NCBI GenBank assembly: GCA_963693365.1
Contig: CAVNZM010000006.1
Span: forward strand, 11,535,355 to 11,599,354
Reading direction: 5' to 3'
Length of the DNA: 64,000 nucleotides
Source of the DNA: Amoebidium appalachense
Taxonomy: Eukaryota; Protista; Ichthyosporea
Of the stretch, positions 49,728 through 64,000 are shown piece after piece (position 1 is the stretch's first letter; every line of letters begins with the position of its first letter). Position numbers and translations under genes: made by a program. The notes under the pieces are model-generated. The model saw nothing but the letters and a program-made list of their open reading frames with translations. It was not told the origin of the DNA and searched no databases.

Positions 49728-50941
49728 GGAGGGGTCAAATAGTGCAATGCAAGCAACGTACCGTCGGCATCCAACATCTGGGGGATGCCCAGGTGCTCCT
49801 CGGCCACCTTGAAGGCCGTGTTGAGGCGCTCCTTCTTGTCCTTCTTGATCACCTCGTCGTAGTTCAGCAGGTCCGGCCGGTGGCGGTGGATGAGCGCGCA
49901 GAACGCGTTGCCGTCCTGGAAGCTGGTGTGGAAGTTGCTGACGGTGCAGTGGGGGTAGCCGGCCGTCTTGCGCTGGCACCACAGCAGAAGACCCTCCTTG
50001 GCTGACATCTCTGCACCCCCACGAGTCAAAAGGACGCCCAGAAACCACCACCAGCAACTCATAAGTGCCACTTCGAACAGCAACGAACTATTGGCCCTAA
50101 AAAAGCATGCTCTAAGAAACGAGGGCTACACAGCAACAGTTCCGAACTAACTGCAGATGCCTGCGCACAGCGGAAAGTGGTTGGGTGTTTAGAGTACCAT
50201 AGCAACCAAGAGAAGGATAAGTACATTAGAGAGGGAGGAATGGAGGGGGAGGGGACACCAACCCTCGACGGAGATGTCTTGAATCTGGAACCTCAAAATG
50301 AGAATCCAGATCATACCCAAAATCATCTTGAGGTTGCAGTCGGCAATTTCTTCTGCACTGATGCCCACCAACTTAACACCCTTTGACGCAATGCCCTCGA
50401 GGGCAATGTTGATGTTCTGAATGGAATGGACGCGCATCTTGCCCTTCTCAGGCTTGCGCAGGCGGTCACCACTAATGGTTTCAACCAGCTTGATAAGGCG
50501 GCGGCCATCTTGGAAGTCTGCACCCAGGTCCTCCACCTTGTCGCCCACCTTCATCAGGTGGCTGTTGACCCATGCCGTAAAACTCTGTCGCCACCCACGT
50601 CCGTCAGCGCTTGTTTGAGCAACTGTTTTTTCTATGACCAATAGCAGCCGAAAGCCAAGTTACACGAGACGGATACAAAATGCTTCAAATACCATACTGT
50701 GACCAAGTACGTTCACACTACCAGCGCTTCAGGTGAGGGACGTGTTTCTTTACAAGAAAGAAGGTCTCCATTCACCTTCTGGTAACTACACTTTCTTAAA
50801 ACTCACGTTCAGATGATAGCTTAAAACGTGCCCTTTTGATGTTTCCTTGCTCACCTTTATTTGCTGCTTCTGCCACTGTGCATCCAGCAGCTGGCGGTCA
50901 TCCTCCCTGTTCTCCCTCGCAATGTTATCCTCGCCCCCCAT
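45410..50941 (-). CDS. ACTN: Alpha-actinin (2 CH domains, 4 spectrin repeats, EF hands)
   Basis: 11 exons: 50941-50855, 50584-50263, 50010-49762, 49449-49271, 48539-48309, 48242-48018, 47764-47522, 47450-47373, 46599-46267, 46161-45631, 45553-45410. Motifs: [88 protein letters not shown]. Confidence 0.97.
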
Positions 50942-52694
50942 GTTTGCTGGACTCGACGGTCGACTGGCACTTCTTACAATAGTGGCACCTGAATCTGCAC
51001 AAAAAGGTCATCAGTGTTCTGGAGCGTAGAAAAACCCTAGCCAAAAAACGCAGATGCATCGTTATGCTATAACCTTCTTGGTCAGGGCTCGTGCGCACAG
51101 ATGTTCCAGCACACTGCACGCTCAAACTTGCCATCTAAACGGAACCTACGGAAGGATGTATTGAACCCAAACCCCAGGCAGACCAAAATTAACACAGGAG
51201 GGTCATCACTGTTGCTGTTTTCTACCCGTCTGCAATAGACGCGTGCCTGCTGATAAAACCTTCGTTTGTGGTATAAAATGGTCGGTCGGGTCCCATCAAC
51301 CCCACGAAACGCCCGGCCGTAAAAAACGTCAAGTGGAACAGCCGGGACAGGCAAGAACAACAACCTTTCGTGGGTGTCTCGGGCCTTTTCCTAGCGCCAA
51401 ACATGGTTGCTCTTGCTCTGTCACCTGCACGTACTTTCTTCTCTCTCTACCTCTACACCGGGATATATACGGGGCACTTGCCTGTCACCTGATATCAGTT
51501 ACGCCCTACACAGATATCGTGCTGTTTGTTGTCTGGCTGCTGCGAAATGCTGAGTGGGCGGGCGGCTGCGACTTTTTATCGGCAAAACGCATCTGTGAGT
51601 CTGTATAACCGCGTGCCCAATATGGCAGGTCGCCCGCCCACCGACCAATCAGATCGCTGCATCGTGGTGCGACGAATGAGGTGGGTCCAGCCCGCAGCCA
51701 ATCAGCGGCCTGGTCTAATTAGCGCCGTTGCCACGCTGACAGCAGGCTACAAAAAAGTCGCTGCGGCTGCTCCAAAAAACTAAAACCTTGGGGCAGCATA
51801 AGCCGGGATATGGCGGTCTGGCCATGGTGGTTGAATTCACAAAGGGAGACGGGCGGGCATAGGCTGAGGCAGTTAGTGCGGGTGACTGCGCATGTTTGCT
51901 GCTTTGGGAAATATGCAGCCTAGAGGCGCTCGCTTAATCCTAGGGCAAAGGGTTTGGCTTGGTTCTTGGCCAAAGTAGGGCATCGGTGGGGTATCGAGGA
52001 CCTGTGTTCGAGCTGCCGATAAGTTCGGATCTACGTCATGGTGTCCGATTCTGTGGCCTGTGTGAGCTTTGCACTCGTGCTCCACACGCATGCAATTAAA
52101 AAGCCTTGTACAAGTGTGCTTAAGCTTACAAGTTTGCCTTGGAGAGCTTACGTAGCAGCTCGCATGAAATACAGCAGTGTAGACTTGTACAGGTATATAG
52201 GCATGCCTGTGCAACCGAATGCTTTTTTTGAGTGCTGTCCGTAACCTTAGGGCTCACCAGCTGAGCATGCAGCCATACATATACGACTAGTGGTTGTGGT
52301 GTTCATAACCCTCTTTGCACTTTCCGAATCACCAATTTCGATGTTCATAGCTGCATGTCCATGAAGTTGCCTCATATTGCTCGATTCTAAATAGTAACAG
52401 CATCTTGTTTGCGGCGCGCATGGCCGTTTTACTCCTTACAAAAAGCACTCCCGCAAGTATTTTTTTTGGCCTAAAGCCCTTTTTTTTTGCCGGTTATTGT
52501 CAAAAATTTTATCTTGAGGCCAGCCAGAGTGACGTCAGGTGGCTCATAAATCTGATGACGCAAACACAACACAGCGTACGGTGGCACCACCACCAGGCCT
52601 TGTGTTCTGTTCGGACTGGACTGCCAGTCTGAAACACTACCTAGTTGCATCTGATCATCATTGTTCAGGACAGCCCCAGTGGGCCTCATGCACT

Positions 52695-60858
<8,164 letters not shown>

Positions 60859-61373
60859 GCCCTGCAGGGTACGAACTGGGATGGCTGTAATGCATCAGCA
60901 TGTGCTGTGTCGGTGGTGGGGGGGCACATGCACAGGCCTGGTCTCGGGCAAGTCAGTGACGGCTCACTAGTGGCTCGTCTGGACATTAGTCACAACACAA
61001 GCGCACAGCACACAGTGCCCTGCACACGGCACTGAAGGATGCATGGAGTGTCGCAACACCACGGCATTGGAAAGGGTTTCAAGTGGCTGGGTCAGGGTGA
61101 AATGATGGGGCACTGTGGGCTTAGCCTAGGGGCTGTGCGCTGTTTACTGGATGGCAGACCGGCAGATGTTGCTCAGTGTATCTCCTTAGCCCTAGGTGGG
61201 GTGCAATATGGCTGGATGTGCATACTGAAGGAAAGGAAAAGTATTACGACTAGTAGTGTAGTCGGCTTTTTCCCTTTCTTTTTTCTTTTCTCTTCTTTCT
61301 TTCTTTTCTTTTTTTTTCTTTTTTTCTTTTTTTTTTTTCCTTTTTTTTTTTTCGGCAGCCCGAGGGTGTGTGT

Positions 61374-61427
<54 letters not shown>

Positions 61428-61877
61428 GGGGGGGGGGGGGGGGGGGGGGGGGAGGGGGGAGGAGGATATTAGCTTTGTATGTGCTAGTAGGTCGTGTACA
61501 TGTGCATGCAATTGTGGGTAACCCTGTGTGTTTGTGCCTCAGACCACTTATGTGTTTGTCTTTCTCTCGGTCTGGGTCTCGGTCTGGGTCTGTGTCTCTG
61601 CCTGTGTTGGCAGTGAGTGATTGTTGCAGATTGCACATTTAAATATCACTGATAGTTGAGTACTTGTGGCTTAATTGTTTTGAAAGTTTCGTGTACATAT
61701 GTGATTAACAGTTTTGCTTACCAAAGGTTACTTTAACATATGTTCGCTATGTAATGTTGGGGAGGGGCAGGTCACAAGCTTTTCTTCGACAACCTTAATG
61801 TACATGACCCATCCGATTGTGCTGATGTGGCCACCACCAAAACGTATGCAAATCTGGCAGAGAGGGATATATGTGCC

Positions 61878-62470
61878 ACGTGGGTGCACGGGCACAATAA
61901 ATGTGGGTGCACGGGCACAATAAATGTGGGTGCATGGGCACAATAAATGTGGGTGCATGGGCACTGGGTGCATGGGCACAATAAATGTGGGTGACGTGCG
62001 CAATACTGTAATTGTGCCCGGGCGGGGGTTCATGGGCACAAGGATTGCCGTAAACGGTGCCATGAGGGTGCATCGCACGATATATACGCCACGTTTGTTG
62101 TGTGTACATCGCACGATAAATATGCTTCGTGGGTACATCGCACGATAAATAAATATGCTACGAGATAATGCTACGTGGGTACATCGCACAATTCACCTGC
62201 ATGTGGGTGCATTCGCATCGCAAATTGTGTCGTGTGCGCATGCACATGGTGCATGGCATCGCACAAAAATATATTCAAATGTCGACGTGGGTGCATTGCA
62301 CACTGCGGTGCGTGTGCACCTTTGCGTGAGTGCATTTATGTGATTGCATGCATGGGTGCCATGCGCACGTGAGCGCACGTGCTAGCACATGCAAGGTAAT
62401 TCATGTACCATAGGGGTGATCACATGACGTGCATGGGAACAACACACGTGCCGTGTGGGTGCACGAACAC
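61878..62470 (+). repeat. Tandem then degenerate array of GGGT(G/A)CA(C/T)(G/C)G(G)CAC(A/G)ATAAAT units
   Basis: Near-perfect 23-bp units GTGGGTGCAYGGGCACAATAAAT at 61879-61993, then diverged GGGT(G/A)CATCGCAC variants to ~62470. Confidence 0.85.
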
Positions 62471-62893
62471 AACACATATACATGTGGGTGAATGTGAAAA
62501 GTGAATGTGATTGTTACCCCGTGGTTTCATGTGCACAGCATGTATGTTCGCGTACGTGGCCCCATCGGAACGAAGTTGAGTTGGCGCCTTCAATTTTATT
62601 GCACCAATCACCGTGCGAGCTGGGTGAACACATGTCGTACCCCCCATTTCCGTGGTTTTTTTTGTAGCTCGAAAATAATGCATCATACAGTGCTCGACCC
62701 GGCCGAGATACGTCCAAATTGGCGCTGGTTCAAGCGGTATAGGGGGAGCGCCCAGGAGGGCGTTCGATGGCTGGGTTGGGCTTTGTGATGGCATGCGGAA
62801 TAGCTTTATTTGGCTAGAAGTTTTAGCCTTAGATGGCTTGACTCTTGATTGTCAGCCAATCGCGTTTAGGGAAGGGCGTATACCAGCTCCACG

Positions 62894-63397
62894 ATGCCAA
62901 ATACTGCTTTTTTGCAAGTTTTCCCGGGTACAGAAACTTTTTGTGTTTGTTGTATGTACATAAGGCATACCAGGTCCAAGATGATGCAAACCCAGGACAT
63001 TACCAGCGAGGGGCCAGATAAGATGGCAAAGTTAGCCTGCGAGTACATTCGTCTCAGAAAGCTGGGCAGAAACACAATGACGTACAGGGACACGGAGAAG
63101 AAGCGTGTATACTCCCGCCTGCTGATTAAATACATGCGCAGCCACCGGCTGCTCACATTGCAAATCCCAGGTGTGGATGATAAAGCCATTTCCCTGCAAA
63201 AGGTGAGGGGCAAAGCTGCAATGTCTCTAAAACGCATTCAACAAGCATGCAAGGAGTATTGTGATGCGGTGAAGGGAGGTAAACTTGAGCTCTCTCCTGA
63301 GACTATGATGGCGTTCATAACCACAAAGCAGCCTGAAACTACCAACTGGAAGCTTGCAGTCCAAGAGAAGTCTTCAGATTCATGGTTTGAGGCATGA
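62894..63397 (+). CDS. Intronless basic protein resembling the NCLDV DUF5760 family
   Basis: Clean 167-aa ORF (start may be the ATG at 62981). EKKRVYSRLLIKYMRSHRLLTLQIPG...ISLQKVRGKAAMSLKRIQQACKEY fits the recalled DUF5760 pattern; not verified by search. Confidence 0.55.
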   Translation: MPNTAFLQVFPGTETFCVCCMYIRHTRSKMMQTQDITSEGPDKMAKLACEYIRLRKLGRNTMTYRDTEKKRVYSRLLIKYMRSHRLLTLQIPGVDDKAISLQKVRGKAAMSLKRIQQACKEYCDAVKGGKLELSPETMMAFITTKQPETTNWKLAVQEKSSDSWFEA

Positions 63398-63429
63398 CAG
63401 AAATTAATTTTTGGGGATGAGAGGTAATC

Positions 63430-64000
63430 ATGGCTACACCCAGCGCAAACATGTTGGAGGCCCCGGGGCTTACAGAGGATTTGGTGGCTCTCGTGGCGGG
63501 CACCGACGAATCAGGGCAGGCAGGAAGGCCTCCCTCCATGACTGATAGTATGCTTGACCGTGATCTAATGGAAGCCGTGGAAAACAAAAGTGTGGCACGA
63601 CGAGAACGTGCAGAGGCTAGAGCTGCAGCCGAAGCCGCAGCCGGCGCTACACTAGCACTTGAAGCACAGGCAGGTGCCTCAGCTCCGAGGCTGGATGCAT
63701 CCAGCATGCATGATGCAGACACAGGCCCGCATGGCATTGCGGAGCTTAGTTGCTCGTCGCAGCATCTTGGTAGCATGACAAAGGCGTGTGGCCAGCTCCA
63801 TACAGTGCATGGTATAATCGTGTTATTTGCATACATAGCAACTACAGTGTTGAGGGTTATATCGAAGGGTATACAATTGATGGGGTGGCCTGAGAAGCTG
63901 CAGGGAGACCTTGCCAGTGGTGTGTTTGACTCGCACATTTACGCGCTGCTAGATGCGTGTACTGACGCGGCGCTGGTAAAAAATCCGATGCTGGAGCTGG
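63430..64000 (+). CDS. Intronless ORF running off the window, C-terminal part resembling the NCLDV DUF5767 family
   Basis: ATG 32 nt after the previous stop, 190 codons with no stop (absent from the ORF track, presumably because it is open-ended). Low-complexity N-terminus, hydrophobic helix, then GIQLMGWPEKLQGDL...FD...NPMLEL, similar to the recalled motif IKLDGWSE...D.YD...PELKL. Confidence 0.55.
   Translation, partial: MATPSANMLEAPGLTEDLVALVAGTDESGQAGRPPSMTDSMLDRDLMEAVENKSVARRERAEARAAAEAAAGATLALEAQAGASAPRLDASSMHDADTGPHGIAELSCSSQHLGSMTKACGQLHTVHGIIVLFAYIATTVLRVISKGIQLMGWPEKLQGDLASGVFDSHIYALLDACTDAALVKNPMLEL

Noticed and set aside
63339-63938. 199-aa minus-strand ORF
   Set aside because: Antisense shadow of the open-ended + strand ORF starting at 63430.

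Overview
Intron-rich, microsatellite-laden eukaryotic DNA. A receptor tyrosine kinase, a four-repeat alpha-actinin and TSP1 domains point to a unicellular holozoan; a cell-surface polysaccharide deacetylase would fit an ichthyosporean (inference). Most ORFs in the supplied track are artefacts of (CA)n/(GT)n, (CT)n and poly-G/C runs. Six spliced genes were assembled by hand from splice sites and protein motifs: an MGRN1/LOG2-type RING E3 ligase (5' truncated, +), an LRR/Cys-rich receptor tyrosine kinase (-), a type II membrane protein with a left-handed beta-helix, Cys-rich modules and two TSP1 repeats (-), an Agd3-like deacetylase with a probable GPI signal (-), alpha-actinin (-) and an inward-rectifier K+ channel (+). 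There is also one intronless Cys/His-repeat gene. Mobile DNA comprises a decayed copia element with a probable 3' LTR, a 1.44 kb TIR element carrying a LINE-like ORF fragment, a MITE and a poly(A)-tailed retroposed insert with a TSD. The last ~2.1 kb switches to a repeat array followed by tightly packed intronless ORFs resembling large dsDNA virus proteins, probably the left end of an endogenous virus. Family assignments come from motif recognition only; no database searches were run.
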